This document shows positions 22,552 to 32,597 of a stretch of DNA of 64,000 nucleotides, piece by piece. The position numbers and the translations under genes are program-made. Source of the stretch: a virus; IMG/VR virus record IMGVR_UViG_3300000651_000003, positions 1-64,000 of that record; one strand, 5' to 3'. Under the pieces are notes generated by a model that searched no databases, had not been told where the DNA came from, and saw nothing but the letters and a program-made list of their open reading frames with translations. How positions within the stretch are numbered: the stretch's first letter is position 1; every line of letters starts with the position of its first letter.

Positions 22552-22554
22552 AAC

Positions 22555-24291
22555 ATGGCAAAACGAACAGCCAAAAAGGCAGCAGAGTCAGACAACCGGT
22601 TGGGGATGACCCCTACGATGCTTGGGCAGTATCCCTCTCCCGAGGACTTCGACCTCTACTCAGAGATGGGTAGAAGCGGCCTGATTCAATACGCAGGTTA
22701 CCTTCACGAGGAAATCCAGCCAGAGTTAGTGGGCAGGCAATGGCGTCGCGTCGCCAAGCAAATGTTGATGAACGACGCGATGATCAATGCTATGTTCCAC
22801 ACTGTTGAAATTCTCTGTCGACAAGTCAAGTTCGATATTATCGGAGGTACTAGTGATCCTAAAGGAGATGAAGCGCGAGACTTCGTTAAGGGTGCAATCC
22901 TCGAGGATATGAATCAACCTTTCACCGAAACTCTGTCTGAGTGTCTAACTATGCTTCCGTGGGGCTGGCACTGGGCCGAGATTGTTTACAAGAAACGCAA
23001 CGGCCCCACCGAGGATGGTACCAGCAGCATCTTCAACGACGGCAAAATCGGGTTCCGCAAGTGGGCACCTCGTGCGCAGGAAACCTTGTTGCACTGGGCA
23101 TTCGACCAAAACGGCGACGTACAAGCGATGGTGCAGCTTTCTCCTCCTGACTGGCACACAACAGCTATCCCGATTTCAAAGAGCCTGTTATTCCGAACAT
23201 CTACCAACAAATCAAACCCGGAAGGCCGCAGCCTGCTGAGAGCAGTGTACGTGCCATATTACTTCAGCTCGAAGATTCAGAATCTCGAAGGTGTGGGTGT
23301 TGAACGAGATGCCACTGGCATACCATGGATGTCGATTCCTTCGGAGTACATGTCTCCTACAGCTACCGATTCCCAGAAAGCAATTTACGAAACAGCCAAG
23401 TCAATCGTAACCAATGTGCGTAACAGCGAACAGGCTGGGTTCGTAGTTCCTTCTGATACTTGGAAAGACGCTAACGGAGCGCCCACTTCTGTGAAGATGT
23501 TCGACTGTGGCTTGCTTCAAAGCGGAGGAGCCAAGCAATACGACACAGCGAAAATCATTGAGCGCTGGGATCGCCGCAAGCTGATGGTAATGCTCGCCGA
23601 CTTCATCGTGATGGGCCATGAGAGAGTTGGTTCATTTGCGCTGGCTGATGCAAAGACGGACTTGTTTGCAGACGCTTGCGGCGGATATCTAGATGCAATA
23701 ATCGAAGTTGTTAACCGGTACGCAATCCCGAGGCTGCTGAAAGTTAACAACATGCCCACGGACAAGCCGCCGAAAATGATTCACGGCGACATTGAGAATG
23801 TTGACCTGAACGAAATCGGGACGTTCATTCTGCACCTCGCTCAGGCCCAGATGAACATCGAGCCTATCGCCAAGCAGCTTTACGAAAGAGCCGGCTTCGA
23901 TGTACCAGCAGACACTCCTCTGGTAGCACCTGCTACTCAGCCAGTTACCGGTTCTCCGATTCCAAAAGGTGGTGGTACTGGCGGAGGCGCTGGTTCTCAG
24001 GAGCAGCAACTGGGCGAGTACCCGCCCACATCCGGGCAGAACAATCAGGGTGAGGGGGATGAGGAGTCTGATGACGAGTCAGCCTTGGTAATGAACGAGA
24101 ATGGCAGAAAACGGTTAGTATTTGCGCCTGCTAATGGTCATAGTAACGGCAAAAAGCAGTTCGCCATGCCGAATGATAAACAGGCAGTCAAGGTTAAAGA
24201 TATCAACGACACGATCGTTTGGCTCAAACGTGAGCGGTTCAACCAACTCGCTCAGATGATGCAGGCCGGCGAGTTCAAGAAGAAAAAGTAG
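22555..24291 (+). CDS. Portal protein (Mu gp29/DUF935-like)
   Basis: GWHWAEIVYK, NPEGRSLLR..Y, GVERD..G.P, GSFALA, N...IPRL...N; position after terL. Confidence 0.9.
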   Translation: MAKRTAKKAAESDNRLGMTPTMLGQYPSPEDFDLYSEMGRSGLIQYAGYLHEEIQPELVGRQWRRVAKQMLMNDAMINAMFHTVEILCRQVKFDIIGGTSDPKGDEARDFVKGAILEDMNQPFTETLSECLTMLPWGWHWAEIVYKKRNGPTEDGTSSIFNDGKIGFRKWAPRAQETLLHWAFDQNGDVQAMVQLSPPDWHTTAIPISKSLLFRTSTNKSNPEGRSLLRAVYVPYYFSSKIQNLEGVGVERDATGIPWMSIPSEYMSPTATDSQKAIYETAKSIVTNVRNSEQAGFVVPSDTWKDANGAPTSVKMFDCGLLQSGGAKQYDTAKIIERWDRRKLMVMLADFIVMGHERVGSFALADAKTDLFADACGGYLDAIIEVVNRYAIPRLLKVNNMPTDKPPKMIHGDIENVDLNEIGTFILHLAQAQMNIEPIAKQLYERAGFDVPADTPLVAPATQPVTGSPIPKGGGTGGGAGSQEQQLGEYPPTSGQNNQGEGDEESDDESALVMNENGRKRLVFAPANGHSNGKKQFAMPNDKQAVKVKDINDTIVWLKRERFNQLAQMMQAGEFKKKK

Positions 24292-24306
24292 AAAGGTGAA
24301 AATCAA

Positions 24307-25047
24307 ATGGCTCTCGTAACAATGCCCTCTCGCGTTCAGAGCAGCACTACGCTCATTCGCCCAGCTAATACCACAGTATACAGCGCAAAGAGCGCCGTTG
24401 GTATCAACCTTGCTGTCTCTGGAGCCACCAACCCTGCATCGCCGTCACCGATCGTAATTACCACACCGGCTCACGGACTGGTCGATGGCGATCCCGTAAC
24501 TATTGCGTCTGTTGGTGGCAATACGAATGCCAACGGAAACTTCTACGTAAAGGTGACTGGGTTCTCCACTACCACCTTTGCTCTATATTCAGACAAGGCT
24601 CTTACTCAGCCTGTCATCGGCAATGCCACATACACTTCAGGTGGAACTGTTGCCAAGGTGCTCCGATTCCAAAAAGTAGTTCGCACCAAGTCCGGTGGCG
24701 GCGGAGTCATCGGAGCTACTCTGTTGACTGACCAGACAAGCAACACTGAGAACTTCAGGCTGCACTTGTATTCAACTCCTCCGACAGCAATTCTCGATGG
24801 CGGCGCATGCTCCTGCCCGTTGATTGCAGACGCTGCTATCTACCTTGGTTCATTTGACTTCGGCGCAGCAAAGACCGAAGGCAGCAGCACATCTGCTTAC
24901 GCAAACGCTGCTCTCACGAATAACAGAGTTAACTTCCAAACATCCTCGATTGAGCGAGATATCTACGGTGTGTTGGAAACCCCAGCAGGATTCACTCCTG
25001 CCAGCGGACAAAAATTCGTCATCAACCTTGTGACCGAGCAGGACTAA
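24307..25047 (+). CDS. Beta-rich virion protein
   Basis: GATN.ASP..IVITT.AHGL.DGD.VTI..V.GNT.ANG module, common in virion proteins. Confidence 0.6.
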   Translation: MALVTMPSRVQSSTTLIRPANTTVYSAKSAVGINLAVSGATNPASPSPIVITTPAHGLVDGDPVTIASVGGNTNANGNFYVKVTGFSTTTFALYSDKALTQPVIGNATYTSGGTVAKVLRFQKVVRTKSGGGGVIGATLLTDQTSNTENFRLHLYSTPPTAILDGGACSCPLIADAAIYLGSFDFGAAKTEGSSTSAYANAALTNNRVNFQTSSIERDIYGVLETPAGFTPASGQKFVINLVTEQD

Positions 25048-28000
25048 ATGCTTGCGTTTCCACCAGCAAAACCTAAGCCACTTACATTCGGTGGCCCGGG
25101 TTCTGGGAACTATGGTCACAGCGGCATCATAGGTCAACGAGGAGGCAGCGGCCCCGGCGGGGGCGTGCCCGATCTACCCGATACCAAAGTAGTGAACTCG
25201 AAAGGCGAACCGCTGCTGGTTTACCACGGCACTGCCAGCGAGTTACAAGGTGGCAAATTTGCGATTAGTGCTCCAGCTGCCCCGTTGAAATGGGAAGGTG
25301 ACGAAAAAGTTCAATTCGCGAAATACACGATCGGCGTGGATATGGTTTTCCACGACAGCAATGCTGGTTCCTACACAGCAGTTCAAAACGGAAGTCTTCA
25401 CCCCGGGTTTAACTCGATGGATGAAGCGAAAAGCTACATCCAATCCGCCCAGCCCGACATTAAATTCACTGGCAGAGATGCAATCTTCTTTGCAGCCAAC
25501 CCAATCTACGCAGAAAAATACGCCAAGGACTACGAAGACAGACCCGGTGGAGGTACGCCAAGAATAATCTCCGCCTACCTTGATTTAAAAAACCCGATGG
25601 ATCCCGCTAAGCCAGAATCATGGGACGCGGTGAAGCCCACAGTAGAGAACTGGTTGAAACAAGAAGAAGGCAGAGTAGTTCCGGAACAGCTAGATAGAAT
25701 GCAAAGTATGTTCAAGGGCGGTTATTGGGGAATGGTAGAAGCGATACCCGGAATGGTAGATGCAATTAAAGCTGCCGGGTACGACGGCTATATCAACAAG
25801 GAAGGAGGAGAGATAAAATACCACGGGCAGTCGGAGCAGAACTACATGAGAAAGGGAGGAGCGGATCGCAGCACAACTTATGCAGTTTTCAACCCCGCGG
25901 CCATACATGTAAGAGAAGAAATACCGAGGGAAACTCAGCGATTTGAAAAGTTGGCCTACTACAAACCCGGCGTCAAAGCCTCTCAAACAAAATCATTCGC
26001 AGCCACTGGTCAGCAGCAACCGTTCTCTGCATACATTTGGAATCCCTACGCCAGAGCATATGTATCGGCCACAGGAGAAGAAGTAGACACCGAGGACTTG
26101 CGCACTCTTGTTGGTGAGCTAATCTCAGACTCCACTGAAAATCTGCGAGCGCTGGCAGAAGCAGTGCAAAACGGTGAGGAAACTAACCTTTCTCAGTTCA
26201 ATATCTCGATGAAAGAGGAACTTAAAAACCTCTATATCGCAGAACATGTTCTGGTTAAAGGTGGCATCGACCAAATGCAGCAGAGCGATTGGGGATCGCT
26301 TGGGTCGTCACTCAAAGACCAGTACTACTACGTAGATAAGCTTACTCGCGACCTCGAGAATGGCGACATTGGAGTCAAGGATGAAAATGGGGAAGTAATT
26401 GTTCGAGATAGCGGGATCCCAGAGCTTGATGATTCATTCCTTGACAGAGTAAGCCTATACACTGAATCTCCATGGGGTGCAGCCGGCGAGTTTGAAAATG
26501 TACTTAAGGACCGGGAAAACGATCTTGGTTCGATGGAGCGTCTTGTTCTTGGTGACAGTAAACAGTCGTGCGCTGAGTGCCTCGCCGACTCAGAACTGGG
26601 GTGGCAGCCGGCTGGAACGCTAAAAGATATCGGAGACCGCGAATGCGATATCGGATGCAACTGTAGTTTTGCGTTTGAAAACCAAGCTCTTGACGAAGCA
26701 GCTCAGTCGTTTGAGTTCAGTGAAGCTTTTGCATTCGGCGGTCCCGGCAGCGGTTGGTATGCATCAGCCGGTCACGTGCCGGGAGAGAAAGCAGAAGAAG
26801 ATAAGAGCATACCCAAGGGGCCGTGGGAAAAAGTCAAGACCGCTGATGAAGCTTTGAAGGCGCTGTCCGAAGGTAGATATGTGCAGCTTGACCCTGACCA
26901 AGTCGGTACGGTAATGACAAAGATGGCTGCGATGGTCAAGGATGCAGAAGCCAAAGGTAAAGAAGCTCCGAAGTACAACCTATGCAACATCTCTGTACCG
27001 GGTACTAACGTCTTTTGTGGAGGTGGCGGAGCTACCCACCCTCGCATTGAGATGCCTCGCATTCCAAACAAAGACCGCAAGGGCTTTGAAGACTACTTAC
27101 GTAGCAAAGGCATCCCGTTTCAGAAAGATGAAGTACGAGTCGACAAGCTAAAGGCTTCTCAAACTGAGATTGACGGAGCCAAGGTTGCTCAAAACATTCA
27201 AACAGCTCGCGAGGGTGGGAAGAACCCTCTGGATTCTCGTATCTTTGTTTCTAAAGATAACTTCATCATTGACGGCCATCACAAGTGGGCCGCAGCTGTC
27301 GGACTAAAGTACACAGAGGGCCAGAACTTCAAGATGAAGGTGGTACGTGTTGATCTACCTGTCACGGTTTTGTACCACGTGGCAAACATGTACACCGATA
27401 AGATGGGTTACCAACGACTGGGTCACGGAGAAAGCTCGTACAAAAAGGCTACCGAGCCATACCAGTTCTATGGCACGGCCAGCAGTGGTAACTACGGTCA
27501 CTTGGGCCGTCCTGGAGAAGTAGGCGGGTCTGGCGAAGGTGGTGAGAAGAGCCAAGAGTACTGGGATCAAGCTAAGCTTGTTGGTCCTCAGGGAGGCTCG
27601 GTGCCGGGAGGGAGGTTCGAAGGGCCAGACGGCAAACAGTATTACGTCAAATGGTACAAAAACCCAGACCAAGCTCGTAGCGAAATCTTTGCACAGAAAG
27701 TTTACAACACTCTTGGAATTAAAACTCCTCAGGGACAGATCGCTACTGTTGATGGTAAGCAAGGCATCGCAACTCCGTGGATACAACACGCCGGTTCGTA
27801 CAAAGATAATGTGCAAGGGCTTCATGACGCGATGGAACAAAACCCAGAGCAAGCGATGAAATTGTTTGTAGGATCGGTAGCTACTCAGAACTGGGATGTT
27901 GTGGGTACAGGAGCAGATAATATTGTATACGATGTTAAGAATTCCCAGCTGGTTCCGATTGACAATGGCGGGTCCTACTTGTTCCGTGCTCAAGGAGGAG

Positions 28001-29772
28001 CTAAAGCGTGGAACGAAAATGCTACCGAAGTAAACACGTTGCTGGACCCAAATAAGAACTACTATGCTGCGGCTGCTTTTAAAGGTATCCTAGACAAACC
28101 TGAGAACTTGTTACTTGGAATGCACTACGCAGCCACACTTATCAAAAATTCAGAGGAGCTGCACGGCCCGGGGACTACCAAGGCTCAGTTCGAAGCGAAG
28201 ATCAAAGATATGAACGAGAAGTTCAATGATCTGTACAAAATCGCTTTGGATAAAGAGGTTGCGAGTAAGGAAGATATCTATACAAAGGCAGGGTTTCCAC
28301 CATACGAGGAGTCTAACGCTGTGATGGGAACTATGGCCCCAGAAGATAAAGAACTAATTGACAAACTCAGCAATACATACCAAGGTGATCCCAACTGGGA
28401 TCCTTTTCAAAATAACTCGGCAACGTCAGTCATTAGGTGGATGGGAGCTAACGGATATAAGTCGGGCGACGTACAGAAAGTATTTGATGCTTACGGGAAA
28501 ACAATTTCTCCTGCTACCATCAAGACTCAGCTCTACGCCGGCAAGACTGGTAAAGGAGATCTCGCCAATCTAAATGAAGGCCACATAGCATCTATAGCAA
28601 AAGCCACAGGGTTTGGTCCTACTTCTTCTGGTGGACAGAAAGTTTCTTCTGCTCCTCCACCCGAGCCTCCTGTTATACCGAAAAATCCCTTCGAGAACAC
28701 TGCTCACTCGAATACTGCTATCATTCGCTACCTCGGTAAAGAAGGATTCTCTGTAAAGCAGGCTCAGGACTATTTTGCACAGCATGGAGCTAAGATCGCA
28801 GACAGCACTTTAAAGATTCAGTTGGCTGCCGGCAAAAACGGTACCCGAGGAGCGCCTGCTAACATCAGCAAAGAAGAGCGAGCCCACATCGAAGCCACTA
28901 TTGGCAAGCCTGCTGGCACGCCTTCAGCCACTGCTGGTCAAACAGTTTCTGCATATCTGGGTTCGAAGACTCCGCTGCCTCCCGACACCAAAGCCAGTGT
29001 GACTGTTGATGGTAAGGACGGCAATGCAAAGCTGGACAAGCATACAGACAACGCCAGCAGTTATTACCAGCAGGTAATGCAGAGCCACCTGATTCAGCAA
29101 GCTAAGGTTAACCCTGCTCTCAAGTCTCAGCTTATTCAAATCTCGATGAACAAGGCAGGAACGATTTATGCTGAAGACAAGAGAATAGAATATGGAGCTA
29201 AGAAAGTAGCTCACGACATACAGAGCTCATGGGGAGGGTCGTCAACGGATCACAACTACACCTCTCTGGGGTTGCAAGTAGCAGTGGCTAATAAGTTCGG
29301 GTTACCCACTACCATCAAGGGTGGTGGTCAGGGAGACGGCACTTACGCAGCAAAGATGGGGTACAAAGAGTGGGGTCTGAAAAGCAACGGCCCATCAGCT
29401 ACTATGCTCGACGTAGCTAAAGAGATTGGCAAGTCGCCTGCATTTGTGGCATTCGCTGACAAGACATATCAGATGACTCAGGAGAACCTAGCTAAACAGG
29501 GTATCAAAGAAGTCACACTTTATCGGTCCATGACTTCTTCAGGAGGAGTACCAAATGTAACTCCTAACTATCTACCAGCCAAAGCGGTACTAAACCCTAT
29601 ATCGTCGTTCTCAACCCAGATGCACTCGTTCGGGCAGTACAAGTTTACGCTGACCGCACCTGCGTCTAGAATCTTTTCTCATGCGAATACAGGCCCGGGC
29701 ACAAACTACGAGAACGAAGTTGTAGTGATCGGCGGCAAAGTATCTACTCTGATTAAAAAGAGTGGTTACTAG
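25048..29772 (+). CDS. Polyvalent MuF-like head protein: ART-like, MuF-like, ParB-like, kinase-like, 2 helical repeats, C-terminal ADP-ribosyltransferase
   Basis: KVVNSKGEPLLVYHGT...GYDG; SCAEC...ECDIGCNC; IIDGHHKWAA; GKQYYVK..NWDVVG..DNI..IDNGG; LYRS..ISSFST..ENEVVV. Confidence 0.8.
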   Translation: MLAFPPAKPKPLTFGGPGSGNYGHSGIIGQRGGSGPGGGVPDLPDTKVVNSKGEPLLVYHGTASELQGGKFAISAPAAPLKWEGDEKVQFAKYTIGVDMVFHDSNAGSYTAVQNGSLHPGFNSMDEAKSYIQSAQPDIKFTGRDAIFFAANPIYAEKYAKDYEDRPGGGTPRIISAYLDLKNPMDPAKPESWDAVKPTVENWLKQEEGRVVPEQLDRMQSMFKGGYWGMVEAIPGMVDAIKAAGYDGYINKEGGEIKYHGQSEQNYMRKGGADRSTTYAVFNPAAIHVREEIPRETQRFEKLAYYKPGVKASQTKSFAATGQQQPFSAYIWNPYARAYVSATGEEVDTEDLRTLVGELISDSTENLRALAEAVQNGEETNLSQFNISMKEELKNLYIAEHVLVKGGIDQMQQSDWGSLGSSLKDQYYYVDKLTRDLENGDIGVKDENGEVIVRDSGIPELDDSFLDRVSLYTESPWGAAGEFENVLKDRENDLGSMERLVLGDSKQSCAECLADSELGWQPAGTLKDIGDRECDIGCNCSFAFENQALDEAAQSFEFSEAFAFGGPGSGWYASAGHVPGEKAEEDKSIPKGPWEKVKTADEALKALSEGRYVQLDPDQVGTVMTKMAAMVKDAEAKGKEAPKYNLCNISVPGTNVFCGGGGATHPRIEMPRIPNKDRKGFEDYLRSKGIPFQKDEVRVDKLKASQTEIDGAKVAQNIQTAREGGKNPLDSRIFVSKDNFIIDGHHKWAAAVGLKYTEGQNFKMKVVRVDLPVTVLYHVANMYTDKMGYQRLGHGESSYKKATEPYQFYGTASSGNYGHLGRPGEVGGSGEGGEKSQEYWDQAKLVGPQGGSVPGGRFEGPDGKQYYVKWYKNPDQARSEIFAQKVYNTLGIKTPQGQIATVDGKQGIATPWIQHAGSYKDNVQGLHDAMEQNPEQAMKLFVGSVATQNWDVVGTGADNIVYDVKNSQLVPIDNGGSYLFRAQGGAKAWNENATEVNTLLDPNKNYYAAAAFKGILDKPENLLLGMHYAATLIKNSEELHGPGTTKAQFEAKIKDMNEKFNDLYKIALDKEVASKEDIYTKAGFPPYEESNAVMGTMAPEDKELIDKLSNTYQGDPNWDPFQNNSATSVIRWMGANGYKSGDVQKVFDAYGKTISPATIKTQLYAGKTGKGDLANLNEGHIASIAKATGFGPTSSGGQKVSSAPPPEPPVIPKNPFENTAHSNTAIIRYLGKEGFSVKQAQDYFAQHGAKIADSTLKIQLAAGKNGTRGAPANISKEERAHIEATIGKPAGTPSATAGQTVSAYLGSKTPLPPDTKASVTVDGKDGNAKLDKHTDNASSYYQQVMQSHLIQQAKVNPALKSQLIQISMNKAGTIYAEDKRIEYGAKKVAHDIQSSWGGSSTDHNYTSLGLQVAVANKFGLPTTIKGGGQGDGTYAAKMGYKEWGLKSNGPSATMLDVAKEIGKSPAFVAFADKTYQMTQENLAKQGIKEVTLYRSMTSSGGVPNVTPNYLPAKAVLNPISSFSTQMHSFGQYKFTLTAPASRIFSHANTGPGTNYENEVVVIGGKVSTLIKKSGY

Positions 29773-29811
29773 TCGAAGCAGATTATGATGTGGTAAATTA
29801 TACGATGGGAA

Positions 29812-30030
29812 TTGTTTACAATGCCTGACAGTGATGAAGAAATTATTGTTTACCCAGACGACGACATAGAGAATGCCGACTGGATTAAGACTTTTAGCTG
29901 GGGTCTGCCAACAGACAAAGACGAGTTCCTACAAGCAATTGGCGGCCCTGAGATGCTAGACCACTTCATGACTCTGCCTGCCGCCCGTCCAATGCCAGAG
30001 AGCCTGAAAAAGGAGTTAGGCCTTGCCTGA
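29812..30030 (+). CDS. Small acidic protein, possible immunity partner
   Basis: Directly downstream of the C-terminal ART domain; acidic N-terminus. Confidence 0.5.
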   Translation: MFTMPDSDEEIIVYPDDDIENADWIKTFSWGLPTDKDEFLQAIGGPEMLDHFMTLPAARPMPESLKKELGLA

Positions 30031-30469
30031 GTTCGGTCTTCCAAAAGTGTTTTCCGACAACCTTGAAGACTGGATGCCATTTCCAGACAACATGGAGTCG
30101 CTTGGTATCTCTCGCACTTCTATGCCTCAAGTTCAGGGCCAGCACCGAGGAGCCTTGATCAAATTCCTCAACGCCCGAGGGTTTGACCATGAAAAGAAGT
30201 ACGTAGACCCACAATCGCTTCACCCTTCTCAGGCAGTCTTCTCACCCACCAAAGTTTCCAGAGCGACCAGCTTCCCCGGGCCGCAGAGAGCTTTGATTGT
30301 TAGCAACGACAACTACGTTGCCGACGGCCACCACCAGTGGCTGGCTAACTACACCAACGACGAAATCCCTGTAATTCAAATCGACTGCCCTATTGCTGAA
30401 CTGCTACTTGAGTTATCTCGCTTCCCATCCTCAGGAGTGTCGGACGTCAACGGTAACTCGAAGTACTAA
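30023..30469 (+). CDS. Stand-alone ParB/Srx-like protein
   Basis: R.SMPQV..L.PSQ..LIVSNDNYVADGHHQW, resembling the internal ParB-like domain of 25048-29772. Confidence 0.7.
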   Translation: MPEFGLPKVFSDNLEDWMPFPDNMESLGISRTSMPQVQGQHRGALIKFLNARGFDHEKKYVDPQSLHPSQAVFSPTKVSRATSFPGPQRALIVSNDNYVADGHHQWLANYTNDEIPVIQIDCPIAELLLELSRFPSSGVSDVNGNSKY

Positions 30470-30527
30470 AAAAGTTTTCACTGAAAAAGTAGTAATAGCG
30501 TAGACACAATCTATAATCTCGTCCAGT

Positions 30528-32552
30528 ATGGAAGCCTACTGGTTCAGAGATTTCACAAAGGAACAACGTGATAAACTCGCAGAGTCCGGAGCCGCGATGC
30601 CGGACGGGTCCTATCCCATAGCTAATTCAAAGGACCTCGAGAACGCAGTTCGGGCTTACGGGCACAACCCCACTCCTGCTGTCAAGGCTCACATCGTAAA
30701 GCGCGCGAAAGCACTTGGTAAGACAGACGAGCTTCCGGCTGATTGGGAAGGGTCCACAAAACAAGCTTCCGATCCCGGAGTAGAAGATGTGCATGTCCCG
30801 GGAGTTCCTCAGCCCGCGTCCAAGAAGAATGATAATGGGCCAAGCCCACACTTCCTCAAACAACTGTACAAGTTGATGCGAGAGAAGGTAGGCACGATGA
30901 TGTCCGAGTCTGACTTCAACACTGCAGTTAAGAGAGCAGCCGGCCACAGCGGTGGCAAGACAAAAGCAGAGCGACTTAAGGCCGCCATGGAAGCAATCAA
31001 ATCCATGAGTGACCAGCACATAGTTGAAATCTTCAACGACTACATGATCACCTCGAGTGAGGAGGCTTTCTACAAAGTTCCGTTTTCGTTCTCTGACGAA
31101 GACGCTGTCGAGCTGGGAACACCTTCCGAAGTAGAGATGTCTTTCACTCCTGTTTCTGCCAGTGAGAACCTGTTAGACATTTGCGCCGACGGTAAGCAAT
31201 ACTGTCTGTTCAACGAGTTACAACAGTTTAGCACTCCACCGAACCGAATTCCGTTGCTTCCCAAGCCCGGGACGTACAAGCATGACAAGTACGGCTCGGT
31301 AAGGATAACCAAAGAACGCAACCAGCGATTCACTGACAACATCAACAACGGCGTCTACCAAAAGAATCTTCCAATCGACTCGGAACATGAGCTCGACCTG
31401 TCAGGAGCTTTCGGTTACATCAAGAAAGCCAGCATGAACGCTGATGGGTCTGTGGACGGTACCGACATCGAGTGGACTGACCGCGGCAAGAAAGCTTTTG
31501 CCGGCAATCGATTCAAGTATTTCTCTCCGAAGTGGTGGGATGCGTGGACCGACCCGATGACAGAACAGAAGTTCAAAGACGTTGTAATCGGTGGAGCACT
31601 TACGACGCGCCCGTTCTTTAAAGAAAAAGCTTTAAAACCATTGATTGCCAGCGAACACGTTATTCTCTCTGACGGAAACGTGAACGGTAACTCTTCTATA
31701 CCAACAGGAGCTAAGAAAATGGCGACAACCGAACAGCAGATCAAAGAGGCCCGGACGCTGGTAGCCGCGGCAGAAGCCAAGGCAATGTCGGAAGCCCTCG
31801 AGGGAAAGACCGACGAAGATATCGAGAAGGCAAAGGCATTAGTTGCGTCAGAAGACGCCCGCATTGCTGCTGAGAAGTCAGCCAAGGATCCTGATGGCGA
31901 CGGCGATGATGATACAAGCGCGTCAGGTGACTCGGATAACTCGCACTTCGACGACAAGGGCAACAAGAAGCCCGGCATGTTCGATAAGGACGGCAAGCCA
32001 CTCGCCACCAAACAAGCATCAGCCAAAAAAGGCGAACCTGAAGAAGCAAAAGAGGCAACCGAAATGACAAAAGAATTCTCAGACCGGCTCAATGCTGCCG
32101 AAGCAGAAGCTCGTTCATTTAAAGAGAAATTGGAAACTGCCGAGAAAGAAGCGAAACGAGCCAACGACCGAGCTGACGCTCAGGAAAAGGCAAACCGTCT
32201 GATGAGATTTACGTCGATGGTCAAGGGCTGGCCCGGGCAAGCACAGCAAAACATCGAGCTACTGGAGCACTTCGCAACCACATGTGGCGAAGACAGCAAA
32301 GAGTTCAAGGCATTCGTCGATGTGCAGCAAGCTTCGGCGAAACAAATCGACGAGGCTGGGTTGTTCAGTGAGATTGGATCGAGCTCGGCTGTTGAACCTG
32401 ATTCGGCTCTCGGTGAGCTCAACACCAAAGCCGCGGCCCTGAGAGCTTCGGACCCGAAACTGACTCAGGCCCAAGCATTCAGTGACGCCTGCGCTCAGAA
32501 CCCAGAGCTCTACGATCGGCACCGTCGCGAGCAACGCCGTCAGTTCAACTAA
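30528..32552 (+). CDS. Prohead protease/scaffold fusion (Mu gpI-like)
   Basis: LPIDSEH..AFGYI..EWT.RG...FKYFSP..GGALTTRPF protease motifs; charged coiled-coil C-terminus; N-terminal AMPDGSYPI..DL.NA domain. Confidence 0.85.
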   Translation: MEAYWFRDFTKEQRDKLAESGAAMPDGSYPIANSKDLENAVRAYGHNPTPAVKAHIVKRAKALGKTDELPADWEGSTKQASDPGVEDVHVPGVPQPASKKNDNGPSPHFLKQLYKLMREKVGTMMSESDFNTAVKRAAGHSGGKTKAERLKAAMEAIKSMSDQHIVEIFNDYMITSSEEAFYKVPFSFSDEDAVELGTPSEVEMSFTPVSASENLLDICADGKQYCLFNELQQFSTPPNRIPLLPKPGTYKHDKYGSVRITKERNQRFTDNINNGVYQKNLPIDSEHELDLSGAFGYIKKASMNADGSVDGTDIEWTDRGKKAFAGNRFKYFSPKWWDAWTDPMTEQKFKDVVIGGALTTRPFFKEKALKPLIASEHVILSDGNVNGNSSIPTGAKKMATTEQQIKEARTLVAAAEAKAMSEALEGKTDEDIEKAKALVASEDARIAAEKSAKDPDGDGDDDTSASGDSDNSHFDDKGNKKPGMFDKDGKPLATKQASAKKGEPEEAKEATEMTKEFSDRLNAAEAEARSFKEKLETAEKEAKRANDRADAQEKANRLMRFTSMVKGWPGQAQQNIELLEHFATTCGEDSKEFKAFVDVQQASAKQIDEAGLFSEIGSSSAVEPDSALGELNTKAAALRASDPKLTQAQAFSDACAQNPELYDRHRREQRRQFN

Positions 32553-32597
32553 TCACGAATTTCTACTTCTTCGTACCTTTAAAGGGAGGACGCTACA

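Noticed and set aside
31415-32164. Long antisense ORFs (also 27355-27993, 14092-14655, 33256-33798, 9399-10016)
   Set aside because: They are shadows of well-supported genes on the opposite strand and have no recognisable motifs.
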